Below are positions 15,940 to 25,495 of a stretch of DNA of 51,894 nucleotides, one piece after another (position 1 is the stretch's first letter; each line of letters opens with the position of its first letter). The stretch covers positions 1 to 51,894 of IMG/VR virus record IMGVR_UViG_3300037043_000387. One strand, written 5' to 3'. The translations under genes and the position numbers were made by a program. Below the pieces are notes generated by a model, which worked only from the letters and a program-made list of their open reading frames with translations, made no database searches and was not told the DNA's origin. Origin of the DNA: a virus. Lineage: Duplodnaviria > Caudoviricetes.

Positions 15940-18123
15940 ATGCAAACCAATAGCAGTAGTGGCGTACCACCGGCAGAGCTTGGTGATTTCGAGAGCGCTC
16001 AATCAGAGATGCAGCGCTTCTGGTTCTCCTGCAGAAACGGCCATGAGGATTATGTCCGTCGCAACCGGAGGAACTACCGCTATTTTCATGGAGACGGCGG
16101 ACACTGGTCGGACGATGACCGTGCCTTCATGGAATCTGTCCAGGGCCGGAAGTGTTTCGAGATTAATCTATCGAAACAGGCCGTCTTGACCGCGGTCGGG
16201 GAACAGATAGCTACCCGTGCTGATATCACGTATAAGCCTAAGAAAGGTAAGGCCTCTGCGGACACTGCCGTTATTTGGTCGAAACTGGCAAAGCATTTCC
16301 TTGATCAAAACAATTTTCACATACTCGAAACAGACGCTTGGGAATCCGGACTGATAGCAGAACGGGGATATTACGATATCCGCATGTGTTTTGACGGAAA
16401 CCTGAATGGCGAGATCAAGATTACTCTGCCGGATCCTGTAACAGTTATTCCCGACATATTTGCTACCGAGTATGACCCTAAAGAATGGCCGGGCGTTATG
16501 CGGTTCATGTGGCTGACGCTGGATGAAATAGCAGGAATGTATGGAGACGAAGCCCGCGAAACAGCCAAAAAAGACTGGGAAAACTATCGTGACCGGCCTT
16601 TAACTGATGAATTCCCCGTGGAAAATGCTTCCGATTTGAATTATGGCTTTGGCACCTCTCCTGGAGCATATTACCAGTGGTGGGACAAGGAAACCGGAGA
16701 ACTGCGACTTCGGGTTATCGAGCGCCAGTTTTACAAGCGGGAGATGGCACTTCATTTCATAGACATGACCACTGGGGATACTGAAGTAGTTCCGCATTCC
16801 ATGGGAATCAAAAAGGCACGACAGTATGCAGCCGATAACGGCCTGCTTCTTCAAAAAATGGAGGGGAAGGTGCTCTATTGGCGTGTCGTGACAGCAACAA
16901 CAGTTCTGTTTGATGAACAGAGTCCTTACAAAACCCCGACCATTATTCCTTTCTTCTACCTGTTCAATAAGGGAAAAACAGGGAGTATGATTGCGGATGC
17001 AATATCTCCCCAAGACCTCCTGAACAAATCAGTATCGGCGGTTGTTCACTACCTGACGACCGTAGCAAACTCGGGCTGGCAGGTGGAAGAAGGCCAGTTG
17101 ACAAATATGACGACTGCGGATCTGGCAAATGTCGGAATGAAAACCGGTGTTGTTATTGAGAGGAAGGCTGGGACACAGCCGCTTCAAAAAATAACACCGA
17201 ACACATTCCCTACCGGCATGGATCGTCTCTGTGAAAGAGGCGAGGCCTGGGTTAAGGCTGCCACGGGGATGAGTGATGCAGAACAGGGACTTAATTCTCC
17301 AGAGGTGTCCGGTATCGCAATCGGGATGAAACAGTTTCAAAGCAAGCTGCAGCTGGCAAAGCCCTTATCGAACCTCCAGTTTACCCGCACGTTGGTCGGC
17401 CGGAAGATCATAGAGCTTGGCCAGCAATTTCTTACCAATGAGCGTATTTATAAAATTACCGGCCAGGATGATTATGGCCGGCCGAAGGAAGAGGAGTTGA
17501 TTATCAACCAGGTTGATGAGTTTGGGAATATTCTAAACGACATCACCGTGGGCGAATATGAGGTAGAGGTCTCCACTCAACCGATGGCGGCGACGTATGA
17601 GGAGAGCCAGTTCAAGCAGTTGGGAGAGATGCGCGAGAAGATGAAGGTGGCTATCCCTGATGATGAGATTGTCAGAAGATCAAATATATCAAATAAACAT
17701 GACCTGGCAGATCGTATCGCGAATCCGCAGGACAATGGGACACAGCAGGCCCAGGCCGCCATGCTGGAAAAACAGCTCGAAGAACTATCGGCAAAGGTTG
17801 AACTGCTCAAGGCGCAGCGGACCAAGGTTGTGGCGGAGGCAACAAATACCAATATCCAAGCAATGTTTGGGGCAACGAACGCGGGTAGGGTTATTGCCAT
17901 GACTCCCGGGGTGGCGCCATTAGCCGATGAGTTGATGTTGTCGGGAGGATTTGAGGACCACAACGCGGCGCCGGTTATTCCCCAGAATGTGCCACAATTG
18001 ACGCACGTTCAACCGATTACGCCGAAGAATACCAGTCCTAATTTTCCACCACAGGCAGATCGTGGTGTTACAGCCGGTATTGAAAGCGGAAATATCCCTA
18101 CTATACCTTCTATTGCAGAGTGA
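15940..18123 (+). CDS. portal protein (podovirus/P22-like)
   Basis: 727 aa after TerL; PQDLLNKSVS; SGIAI; DITVGEYEV. Confidence 0.9.
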   Translation: MQTNSSSGVPPAELGDFESAQSEMQRFWFSCRNGHEDYVRRNRRNYRYFHGDGGHWSDDDRAFMESVQGRKCFEINLSKQAVLTAVGEQIATRADITYKPKKGKASADTAVIWSKLAKHFLDQNNFHILETDAWESGLIAERGYYDIRMCFDGNLNGEIKITLPDPVTVIPDIFATEYDPKEWPGVMRFMWLTLDEIAGMYGDEARETAKKDWENYRDRPLTDEFPVENASDLNYGFGTSPGAYYQWWDKETGELRLRVIERQFYKREMALHFIDMTTGDTEVVPHSMGIKKARQYAADNGLLLQKMEGKVLYWRVVTATTVLFDEQSPYKTPTIIPFFYLFNKGKTGSMIADAISPQDLLNKSVSAVVHYLTTVANSGWQVEEGQLTNMTTADLANVGMKTGVVIERKAGTQPLQKITPNTFPTGMDRLCERGEAWVKAATGMSDAEQGLNSPEVSGIAIGMKQFQSKLQLAKPLSNLQFTRTLVGRKIIELGQQFLTNERIYKITGQDDYGRPKEEELIINQVDEFGNILNDITVGEYEVEVSTQPMAATYEESQFKQLGEMREKMKVAIPDDEIVRRSNISNKHDLADRIANPQDNGTQQAQAAMLEKQLEELSAKVELLKAQRTKVVAEATNTNIQAMFGATNAGRVIAMTPGVAPLADELMLSGGFEDHNAAPVIPQNVPQLTHVQPITPKNTSPNFPPQADRGVTAGIESGNIPTIPSIAE

Positions 18124-18131
18124 GGGCGGAG

Positions 18132-18293
18132 ATGGCTAGTAATCCACTGAAAAAACTGGACCCGGACTGGAAAAAGAAGCTGTCTGACTGTATGAAAGAA
18201 ATCGGGATGCTCGATATGCCGTTTGGACAAATTACCGTTCATATCTCTGATTCCAAGGTGTCTGAGGCGCTGAAGCAGGAACGATACAAATAA
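18132..18293 (+). CDS. 53-aa DUF2292/YezD-like protein
   Basis: MASNPLKKLDPDWKKKLSDCMKEIGMLDMPFGQITVHISDSKVSEALKQERYK; FG-I-V-I-D-KV pattern; read manually. Confidence 0.55.
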   Translation: MASNPLKKLDPDWKKKLSDCMKEIGMLDMPFGQITVHISDSKVSEALKQERYK

Positions 18294-18296
18294 TTA

Positions 18297-18324
18297 TTGA
18301 CTTTCGCCATGGTTGCGTGATAAT
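18297..18324 (+). promoter_or_regulatory. putative sigma70 promoter
   Basis: TTGACT-16 bp-GATAAT. Confidence 0.45.
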
Positions 18325-18331
18325 GGCCAAA

Positions 18332-18420
18332 ATTGAATAGAACGCGGTAAGTCGAAACCTTTCAAGGTAATTGAGACCCGCACCTTCAGTCGAAACATGA
18401 CTATCGGTGCGGGTTTTTTT
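18332..18420 (+). terminator. antiterminator/terminator RNA switch, copy 1
   Basis: Terminator GAGACCCGCACC...GGTGCGGGTTTTTTT overlapped by competing stem GCGG-TAA-GTC...GAC-CCGC. Confidence 0.75.
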
Positions 18421-18431
18421 CGTTTTATGCT

Positions 18432-18450
18432 GTTCAAAATTATTGTGAAC
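18432..18450. promoter_or_regulatory. RTTCA-N9-TGAAC palindrome, copy 3
   Basis: GTTCA AAATTATTG TGAAC. Confidence 0.75.
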
Positions 18451-18496
18451 GGATGGACATATGAACAGAGTGCAACCGATTTCGGGGAGGTCATGC

Positions 18497-18679
18497 ATGG
18501 GAAAGATGGACGCACAAGAGAGGAAGTGGCGGACCGAGGAAGACTTGAGAACCCTTGCAAACGCCGAGGAAATCAAACGAGATCCGGAAAGAATGAAGGC
18601 CTGCAAGGTCATGGCAAAACAGCGCATGACTGACCTGGAAGGTGTTGTTTCCGGCGGCGGGGCCAAGGCTAAGGGGTAG
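18497..18679 (+). CDS. small head-associated phage protein
   Basis: GGGGAGG RBS; WRTEEDLRTLANAEEIKRDPERMK. Confidence 0.7.
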   Translation: MGKMDAQERKWRTEEDLRTLANAEEIKRDPERMKACKVMAKQRMTDLEGVVSGGGAKAKG

Positions 18680-18709
18680 GACAACTATGTAATTTTGGAG
18701 GAGGACCAC

Positions 18710-19645
18710 GTGGACGCAAGAGACAAGACAAATGAAATGACGGAAGAACAGTTGGCCGAAGCACGGGGCGATGTATTTGTGCCGGAGGATAGTAATGAAA
18801 TCGTGTTGAAAGGCGATATGGACCCTGGAATCCTGGCAGCTATTGCCGGAGATGAGGGGGAACCGGTAGATGACGAAAGTGGAGAAAAGGGCGCTGCTAA
18901 AAAGGACGACGAACAGGGCAAGAAAGACGACTTCATTCCGAAGGCTCGTTTCAACGAGTTGAACAATGAAAATAAACAGTTGAAGGCACGCCTGGAAGCT
19001 CTCGAAAAGGGCGGTGGCGATCAAATAGTAGTTGAGGAAAAGAAAGAAACTCCTCCGGACTTACGGACTCAGTTGAAAGAGCTCCGTACCTTGCAGAAAG
19101 ACGCCTTACTGGAAGGCGACCATAACGAACACTCCAGATTGACCGACGAAATCGATTCTATGCAGATAGCGATTGCCAAGGCTGAAATCCAGGCAGAACA
19201 GCGACAAGAAAAAACTCAGGCCGAATTGGTTCAGGACCTGGATAAGGCGGCCTCTGCGGCAATGGCGCTTTATCCGTTTCTGGATAACAAGTCGGACGCT
19301 TGTGATCCGGTTGCAGTTGTCGCGGTGAGAAGTTGGCGGGCACAGCTTGAGGCACAGGGGCTGGCACCTGCGGAAGCCCTGCGCCAGGCAGTAGAGGATC
19401 TGGGACCAAAATTTGCCCAGATTAACGGTGTCGTGATCGACCCGGATAAGGCCGAAGATGTTCGCAAAGCAAGGAACCTGGAAGCTTTGAAAAGAAATTC
19501 GGACGCTTCCTTGAGACAGCCATCTGTATTGCCGGGAAAAACAGAGAAGGATTCTTTCGTCATTAACGTCAATGACCTTTCTCCGGCCCAGATGAAAGCC
19601 CTATCTGAGGACCAGAAGGCCAAATTGAGAGGAGACGTTCTCTAA
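18710..19645 (+). CDS. capsid scaffolding protein
   Basis: Acidic coiled coil, IPKARFNE, C-terminal LRGD; lies before the major capsid gene. Confidence 0.8.
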   Translation: MDARDKTNEMTEEQLAEARGDVFVPEDSNEIVLKGDMDPGILAAIAGDEGEPVDDESGEKGAAKKDDEQGKKDDFIPKARFNELNNENKQLKARLEALEKGGGDQIVVEEKKETPPDLRTQLKELRTLQKDALLEGDHNEHSRLTDEIDSMQIAIAKAEIQAEQRQEKTQAELVQDLDKAASAAMALYPFLDNKSDACDPVAVVAVRSWRAQLEAQGLAPAEALRQAVEDLGPKFAQINGVVIDPDKAEDVRKARNLEALKRNSDASLRQPSVLPGKTEKDSFVINVNDLSPAQMKALSEDQKAKLRGDVL

Positions 19646-19667
19646 GGCTTGTCCACTTACGGACAGA

Positions 19668-19806
19668 GACCGATGCCCCTTAGTGGTCGTTTTCGCCCTG
19701 GAACGGCGCAAAAAGTTCCCAGTGACCGACGCCCCTGTGAAGAGGTCGTTTCCGCCAATGCGAAGGCGCAAAACAACGCAAATCCAATGAGTCACAACGA
19801 AACGAC
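19668..19806 (+). ncRNA. tandem hairpin plus pseudoknot motif in the major capsid 5' UTR
   Basis: Two copies of GACC..GGTC-GTTTY-CGCC-loop-GGCG-CAAAA; each loop pairs with its own downstream sequence. Confidence 0.6.
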
Positions 19807-19830
19807 AACTACATAACAAGGAGCGACATT

Positions 19831-20988
19831 ATGGGAATGACAAATTTCGGGCAACTCGATCCCGACAAGATCAAGTTTATTCAGAAGGAAATCCGTCATG
19901 AGACGGAAGCATCTTCGTTTCTCCTCCCGCGCTTTTGCGGGAAGGGCTTCAATTACCCCATTGAAAGAATCACCGAACTGCGCAGGATGGAAGGCGGCGG
20001 TGAAGAGTGCATCATGACCCTGGTTAACCACCTGGTCGGTGATGGCGGGGTAGGATCCACTGGCGGCAAGCGTGAGGGCCGTGAAGAGCGGATGCACAAA
20101 TCTCAACAGAAGATCCAGATCGATGAGATCTTCAACATGGTCCGCAGCGAAGGCGAGCTGGCCGAACAGGCCAGCGTGGTTCAGTTCCGCAAGGAAGCCA
20201 AGCCGGCACTCAAGTACTGGCATGCCAACAGGACCGATCAGCTTTTGATGCTGGCTGCTTCTGGTATTTCCTTTGCCTACAACCTGGATGGTTCTTTACG
20301 TTCGGAAGTGCTCGATGTCGAGGGAGTGCCGATCAGCTCCGACTTCGTACAGCTTCGCTATGCCGCCGATATCAAAGCCCCCTCTGCCAAGCGTCATCGC
20401 CGATGGGATGGTACGGCCAAGAAGCTGGTAGCCGGTGATACATCCGCGGTGGCCGTAGCTGACGTTCCCAGTTATAAGATGCTGCTGATGGCAAAGGCAT
20501 ATGCCAGGACTCACCGTCTCATGCCTCTCCAGGCAGGCGGGAAGCAGTGGTATGTGGTTCTGATGCAGCCCTATTCTCTGGCGATGTTGAAAAACGATCC
20601 TGACTACAAGAACGCCGTCATTACCGGCGGGGTTCGCGGGGATGATAACCCGTTCTTTTCCGGCGCAATCGCAACCATCGACGGTCTTCTGCTGGTTGAG
20701 TACGAATATGTATTCAATACCACAGGGGCTTCTACTCGTTGGGGCGCTGGGGGTGCTATCAACGGAACCAGGACTTTGTTGTGGGGTGCCCAGGCTCTCG
20801 GATATGCAGACCTCGACCAGGGCGGCGAACCGCGCTACGAGGAAAAGGTATTCGAGTACAACACTCAGAAGGGGATCATGGTCAGCAAGTTCGGCGGAAT
20901 TCTTCGGCCGCAGTTTTACAGCACATTCGACCGAAGCGTCGAGGATTTTTCCTGCCTGGCCATCGACCACTACATGGAAGAATACTAA
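19831..20988 (+). CDS. major capsid protein, N4-gp56/DUF4043 family
   Basis: MTNFG..., IERITEL, EGREE, PSAKRHRRWD, RGDDNPFFSG. Confidence 0.9.
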   Translation: MGMTNFGQLDPDKIKFIQKEIRHETEASSFLLPRFCGKGFNYPIERITELRRMEGGGEECIMTLVNHLVGDGGVGSTGGKREGREERMHKSQQKIQIDEIFNMVRSEGELAEQASVVQFRKEAKPALKYWHANRTDQLLMLAASGISFAYNLDGSLRSEVLDVEGVPISSDFVQLRYAADIKAPSAKRHRRWDGTAKKLVAGDTSAVAVADVPSYKMLLMAKAYARTHRLMPLQAGGKQWYVVLMQPYSLAMLKNDPDYKNAVITGGVRGDDNPFFSGAIATIDGLLLVEYEYVFNTTGASTRWGAGGAINGTRTLLWGAQALGYADLDQGGEPRYEEKVFEYNTQKGIMVSKFGGILRPQFYSTFDRSVEDFSCLAIDHYMEEY

Positions 20989-20992
20989 GCAG

Positions 20993-21018
20993 CATGGGGA
21001 GGTTTCGGCCTCCCCATG
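20993..21018 (+). terminator. stable hairpin after the capsid gene
   Basis: CATGGGGAGG-TTTCGG-CCTCCCCATG; no T tract. Confidence 0.5.
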
Positions 21019-21045
21019 AACATTTCGAAGTAAAGGAGAAAAACG

Positions 21046-21447
21046 ATGGGTGTTACGAAACATGAGGGGGTACAAGCTCCTTCGTATAAAGAGGCTGAAT
21101 TTACGTTTGAGGATCTGGTTAGCGCCGGGTTTGTTCCTGCTATCGATCTGCCAAGTGACGCGGAGGTTATCGACGGTGCCATGGTAATTACCGAGGCATT
21201 CGACTCCGAGACATCGGATACCGGTACCGTCGGAGACGCGGAAACGGCCAATCGCTATAAGGCCGGTATCGACATGACGGCTCTCGGCACGTCAAAGATT
21301 GCCGCAACAGGGGTGCTTTGCAATGACTCCAATCGCAGGCAATTTGGTTTCTCCTGGACAGGTGTAGGAGAGCCTCCAACTGAAGGCAAAGGTAAACTCT
21401 GGTGTCTGTATATCCAGAAGAGCCGAGCTGATTTCGTTCAGCGGTAA
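21046..21447 (+). CDS. capsid decoration/cement-like protein
   Basis: AIDLPSDAEVIDG..VITEAFDS...VGD...RY; follows the capsid gene. Confidence 0.7.
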   Translation: MGVTKHEGVQAPSYKEAEFTFEDLVSAGFVPAIDLPSDAEVIDGAMVITEAFDSETSDTGTVGDAETANRYKAGIDMTALGTSKIAATGVLCNDSNRRQFGFSWTGVGEPPTEGKGKLWCLYIQKSRADFVQR

Positions 21448-21453
21448 AAATTC

Positions 21454-21477
21454 TTAAGGGGGCAGTTGCCCCCTTAA
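21454..21477 (+). terminator. inverted repeat, putative terminator
   Basis: TTAAGGGGGCA-GT-TGCCCCCTTAA. Confidence 0.5.
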
Positions 21478-21499
21478 TTCCATAAGGAGGTAGGTTTTT

Positions 21500-21982
21500 A
21501 TGTCGGAAAAATATTGTGTTTTACCAGGACAACAGCCAGTCAGGCTCGCCTCAACTACGGGTCACGTCATTATCGTTGGAGAAACGCCTCGGGATATCCC
21601 AACTTTGTTCATCGAAGAAGCACGGGGCAAGGGCTGCTATACCGAAAAAGAGGTCGCGGACATCAAGTCCCGCATAATGGGAGAGGCTTCGCCAGGCCAG
21701 AAAACGGACAGCGATTCCCAGCAGGGCGAGTTTGGAGCCTTAATGGGCCAGGGCCAGCAGGGGAGTCTGTCGACACCGGACGCAGGAAAAGCCGGAGAGG
21801 AAGCTGATCCAAGGGTAGAGGCAATCAAAAATGCCACTATTGAGATCCTTAATATTGGTAATCCCGAGGAATTGACCAGCGGAAACAAGCCGAAGGTTGA
21901 GGCTCTGGAAGCAAAACTGAGCTATCAGATAAGCGCACAAGAGCGCGACGCGGCATTTGAGGCCATTACCGCAACTATGTAG
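21500..21982 (+). CDS. hypothetical virion-morphogenesis protein
   Basis: TAAGGAGG RBS; C-terminal TSGNKPKVEAL...ISAQERDAA. Confidence 0.7.
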   Translation: MSEKYCVLPGQQPVRLASTTGHVIIVGETPRDIPTLFIEEARGKGCYTEKEVADIKSRIMGEASPGQKTDSDSQQGEFGALMGQGQQGSLSTPDAGKAGEEADPRVEAIKNATIEILNIGNPEELTSGNKPKVEALEAKLSYQISAQERDAAFEAITATM

Positions 21983-22005
21983 CCACCATATTAAGGAGTT
22001 TGCAG

Positions 22006-22692
22006 ATGAAAGACCTGAAGGGGCTGGTTGCACGAATGCGAGATGAATTTCTCGATGATACTACGGGAGCAGAGACCGGCGACAGTAAGTGGTCGACTCC
22101 GAATCTGGTTTCGGCACTCAATTCTTCCGAAAGGGAGTTGTGCCGAAAACTGTTTCTCTTGTCAGAATCGACAACTCCGGACATCTGCCAGGTTGCCATT
22201 ACACTGGTAAACGGTGTTTACCCACGATCATTCTCGATCAGTGACAAGATTGTAAGGATCGAACGGCTGAAGTATCCCGGAGTAACCAAGCCCCTTCTGC
22301 AAAAGACAATACAGCACTTCGACGATAAGGATCCCGGCTGGGATGAAATGTCCGGAGTTCCGACAATGTATGCGGTGGATTTCGAAAGTTTTACCGTGAC
22401 GTTCAACCGGCAGCCGGTAGCGGTTGGGACGGTGAAAATGGGTGTAAAGCGGTTGCCTCTTAATGATCTGTCCGAAGTGAACATGGCGGCATTCCCTGAA
22501 ATCAGGCAGTACGAAGATGAATTGATCCATGGGGCACTGAAATGGGCTTACTTGAAGGACGATTCTCGCACGTTTGACCCGGTTCGGGCCGGAGTGTGGA
22601 AGAAGACTTTTGATGATGATATTGCCCGGATAACTCAGGACAAGGCGGCAATGAATCCACAAGAACATATCTGCCGGGCGGAGCGTTTCTAG
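22006..22692 (+). CDS. head-tail adaptor-like protein
   Basis: Position; LNSSERELCR...LIHGALKWAYLKDD. Confidence 0.7.
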   Translation: MKDLKGLVARMRDEFLDDTTGAETGDSKWSTPNLVSALNSSERELCRKLFLLSESTTPDICQVAITLVNGVYPRSFSISDKIVRIERLKYPGVTKPLLQKTIQHFDDKDPGWDEMSGVPTMYAVDFESFTVTFNRQPVAVGTVKMGVKRLPLNDLSEVNMAAFPEIRQYEDELIHGALKWAYLKDDSRTFDPVRAGVWKKTFDDDIARITQDKAAMNPQEHICRAERF

Positions 22693-24086
22693 TGAGTATC
22701 GTAACCTATAAAGCCTATGGACGAAACAACGTCGACAATGCACTTAACGTTGGTGCCCAGGTGCCGAAGATCCGTGCGGTTATCTTTACCGAGCTGGTGG
22801 ATCTGGTCAATGCGGATCCGGATAACAACGGCGGCTGTTCGCTTCGGCCGGGGTACCTGCAGCGGTATGACGGTGATGTGCGGAGTATGTTCGCCAATGA
22901 TGACATCATCCTGTACCAGGAAGGCCCGGCTCTGAAGCGGTTCAATCCTGCCGATTACTCCTCGTCGTTTCTGAATCTCTCGCTTGATCCCGATGTCGAC
23001 GCTAATTTCTGTGACGTGAACGGGCTGGTGATGTACTCCGATGAAACCATTCTCCGGAAGGTTTACGAGGGTGCGGACTATGGCCTGACGGCTACGACGG
23101 AGGAATTCAAAGTTACTACGCCTGCCGGGCAAGTGATGGCGGAGTTTTACCGCAAGCTGCTGGTGGGTGTGGGGAGTGAGTTGTGCGTCACGGATCCGGA
23201 TAGCGTGGATTATATGGATTCGCGATTGTGTCGCTTTCCCTTTGGCGGAACGATCCTGATGATCGCTCCGGTGGATAACGGGGTGTATTTATCCACCGAT
23301 ACAAAGATTTACTTCCTGGCCGGTGGTAACCAGATGGAATGGAGCCAGCCGAGGAATGTGCGGAAGGTCGCCGATTACCCGGCTATCAAGGGTACCGCTA
23401 TCCGAATGAAGGCGGAGAAGACCGGTTTGGAGAAGGTTGATGGTAATCTGGTGATGTTCTCAACGGAGATGGGCTACTGCTATGGGTTGAATGACGGGGT
23501 TTTGTTGAACGTGACTGAGGAGCGGGTGCGGCCCGGGGTGTTTGCAGCCGGTACGGCGGTGCTGCGTGAGGGAAACACGGGTAGGCATTACCTGGCGGTG
23601 CTGCGGACTGCTGCCGGTGCTTTCCATGGTGAGGTGGTGAATACTAAGACCCAAGGGGCTGCTCGTTACGAAGGATATGATTTCCGCGCTGTTGTTTGTC
23701 ACAAGGGGCGGTATTTTGGTTGCAATGCAAACGGGATCTTTGAGTTTACCGGTAAGAATGACGATGGTGCGGCGATCCAGGCAAGCGGTTTGAGTGGGAT
23801 ATCAAATTGCGGTAGCAATACGGAGATGTTCTTTCCTGAGGTTCATTTGACACTACGTTGTGAAGGAGAAATGGAGTTTTCGTTGGCCGTTGATGAAAAG
23901 GCGCCGATCACTTACCCGGTTTCCTGGGGCGAGGGAACGGAAGGTATCCACCGAAAGCTCCGGAAGTTGGCAAAGGGTGTGAAAGGTGGACAGGCTCAGA
24001 TAGGCTGGCGGAACGTGGACGGGTGCGATTTCTACATGCAGCAGGTTGAGCTGGGGATATTGCCGACTAATAAGAGAGTGAGGTAG
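22692..24086 (+). CDS. tail tubular/nozzle-like structural protein
   Basis: 464 aa beta-rich, coupled to the adaptor gene. Confidence 0.6.
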   Translation: MSIVTYKAYGRNNVDNALNVGAQVPKIRAVIFTELVDLVNADPDNNGGCSLRPGYLQRYDGDVRSMFANDDIILYQEGPALKRFNPADYSSSFLNLSLDPDVDANFCDVNGLVMYSDETILRKVYEGADYGLTATTEEFKVTTPAGQVMAEFYRKLLVGVGSELCVTDPDSVDYMDSRLCRFPFGGTILMIAPVDNGVYLSTDTKIYFLAGGNQMEWSQPRNVRKVADYPAIKGTAIRMKAEKTGLEKVDGNLVMFSTEMGYCYGLNDGVLLNVTEERVRPGVFAAGTAVLREGNTGRHYLAVLRTAAGAFHGEVVNTKTQGAARYEGYDFRAVVCHKGRYFGCNANGIFEFTGKNDDGAAIQASGLSGISNCGSNTEMFFPEVHLTLRCEGEMEFSLAVDEKAPITYPVSWGEGTEGIHRKLRKLAKGVKGGQAQIGWRNVDGCDFYMQQVELGILPTNKRVR

Positions 24087-24092
24087 GGATAA

Positions 24093-24314
24093 ATGAACTT
24101 GTTTAAAGGTTACTGTTATATCTATTTTCCATGGTTATTCAGACCAGGCACCTGCTCGCTAGGCCATAAACATTACAAGTTAACGTGGTGTTTGCGGGGC
24201 GGCAAGTATACGAAAAGAGATTATTACGGCAACCGTTTCACAGCATCCACAATGTGCTTTTTTAAAAACATTCCTTACTATTTTAACTATTTAATGCGTC
24301 GGAAGGTGAGGTAG
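24093..24314 (+). CDS. AT-rich small hypothetical protein
   Basis: Fills the gap exactly; Tyr/Cys/Lys-rich; composition differs from neighbours. Confidence 0.4.
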   Translation: MNLFKGYCYIYFPWLFRPGTCSLGHKHYKLTWCLRGGKYTKRDYYGNRFTASTMCFFKNIPYYFNYLMRRKVR

Positions 24315-24317
24315 CTC

Positions 24318-25493
24318 ATGGCTGATATTGATAGCTTTACCACGTATGTCCAGGGGCAACTTACTAGCGTCATTGCTGCGGCAGAAGCGGCGGCTGGCGA
24401 TCTTGAAGCTGTGGCCGAAGGATATGTTGATTTCTTCACCTTCAATCCCCCTCCAGAGTATGACGACGCAACACAGATGGTTGCTTACGCTCCTGCCAGT
24501 GTTGTCATGGATGCTGTTGACCCGTTTTCCGCTCCGACTGCTCCAACCTTTCCGGTGATAACCGCTCCAACCGTGACCACCATTGACCCGGTGGATTTCA
24601 CCGATGCAAACGCGGCGCTTGCCAACTTTGATCTTTCCGCTTTTGACCCCGCAGCTGTTGATGGTGAGATAGCCGGACTCGCGGCGAAGGTGCTGGCGTT
24701 CATTGACTCGGGAGGCCCTGGAATCAGCGAGGCGGTGCAGACGGCCCTGACGGACAACATGCGGGAGCGGGATCTTCAGATTCTCGATGATGTTCTTCTG
24801 CGAGTAAGGCACTCGGATGCTCTCAGCGGATTTCCTTTCGCGACTTCGATTACTGATGCCGGGGAAGCTGAACATCGTAAAAAATGGCAAGACGATTACT
24901 CGAACCGCAACCGGGAAATCACGGCACTCATGACCGAGCGGGCGCACCAGACGGCAATGAACGGACTGAACGCCGGAGTCCAGTTAACGCAGATAAAATC
25001 CGGCCTGATTACCGATGTCTGGAAACTGCATTACTCGATGCAGGGCTTGATCCTCGAAGAGTTCAAAGTGTTGCTTGTCGCGGAGCAGACGAGGGTAGAG
25101 ACGGAATTGCGGAAGATTCTGGCTGACTACGAGATCTACAAGATCCGCATGACGACAGAGTTCAACGTCAAGCTCGAAGAGTTCAAAGTGCTGGCGTCTG
25201 GAGAGGAAGTCCGAGTGCGGGCAGAAACAACTCTTGCCACAGCCAAGGCCGAAGTTGCCATAAAGGCGAACGAACATCTCTTGCGGGCGGCTGTGGCGGA
25301 GGTCGAAGCTCAACTCTCAAAATGGACCAACACAGCCAACATTCTTACGGAGCGGGGCAAGGCCAACATACAGCAACTTGCCAGTAGCAACACTGTCAGG
25401 GTACATGGAGCGGGGCAGCAAGCTCAACTTTATTCTGGAGTGGTTAACGCTTGTGCTCAGATGGTCAATACAGTTCAAGTGAAAAAGACCTGA
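24318..25493 (+). CDS. putative virion structural protein
   Basis: 391 aa, helical C-terminal half, GAGG RBS. Confidence 0.65.
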   Translation: MADIDSFTTYVQGQLTSVIAAAEAAAGDLEAVAEGYVDFFTFNPPPEYDDATQMVAYAPASVVMDAVDPFSAPTAPTFPVITAPTVTTIDPVDFTDANAALANFDLSAFDPAAVDGEIAGLAAKVLAFIDSGGPGISEAVQTALTDNMRERDLQILDDVLLRVRHSDALSGFPFATSITDAGEAEHRKKWQDDYSNRNREITALMTERAHQTAMNGLNAGVQLTQIKSGLITDVWKLHYSMQGLILEEFKVLLVAEQTRVETELRKILADYEIYKIRMTTEFNVKLEEFKVLASGEEVRVRAETTLATAKAEVAIKANEHLLRAAVAEVEAQLSKWTNTANILTERGKANIQQLASSNTVRVHGAGQQAQLYSGVVNACAQMVNTVQVKKT

Positions 25494-25495
25494 TC

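Noticed and set aside
18332-18420. c-di-GMP-I riboswitch
   Set aside because: Lacks the conserved core and tetraloop/receptor layout; better explained as the repeated antiterminator/terminator motif.
18432-18450. Fis, LexA or parS identity for the GTTCA-N9-TGAAC sites
   Set aside because: Spacing differs from Fis (N5), orientation and spacing differ from GAAC-N4-GTTC LexA boxes, and the sequence differs from parS.
19668-19780. Mini CRISPR array
   Set aside because: Only two degenerate copies with internal variation and no cas genes; fits a structured RNA.
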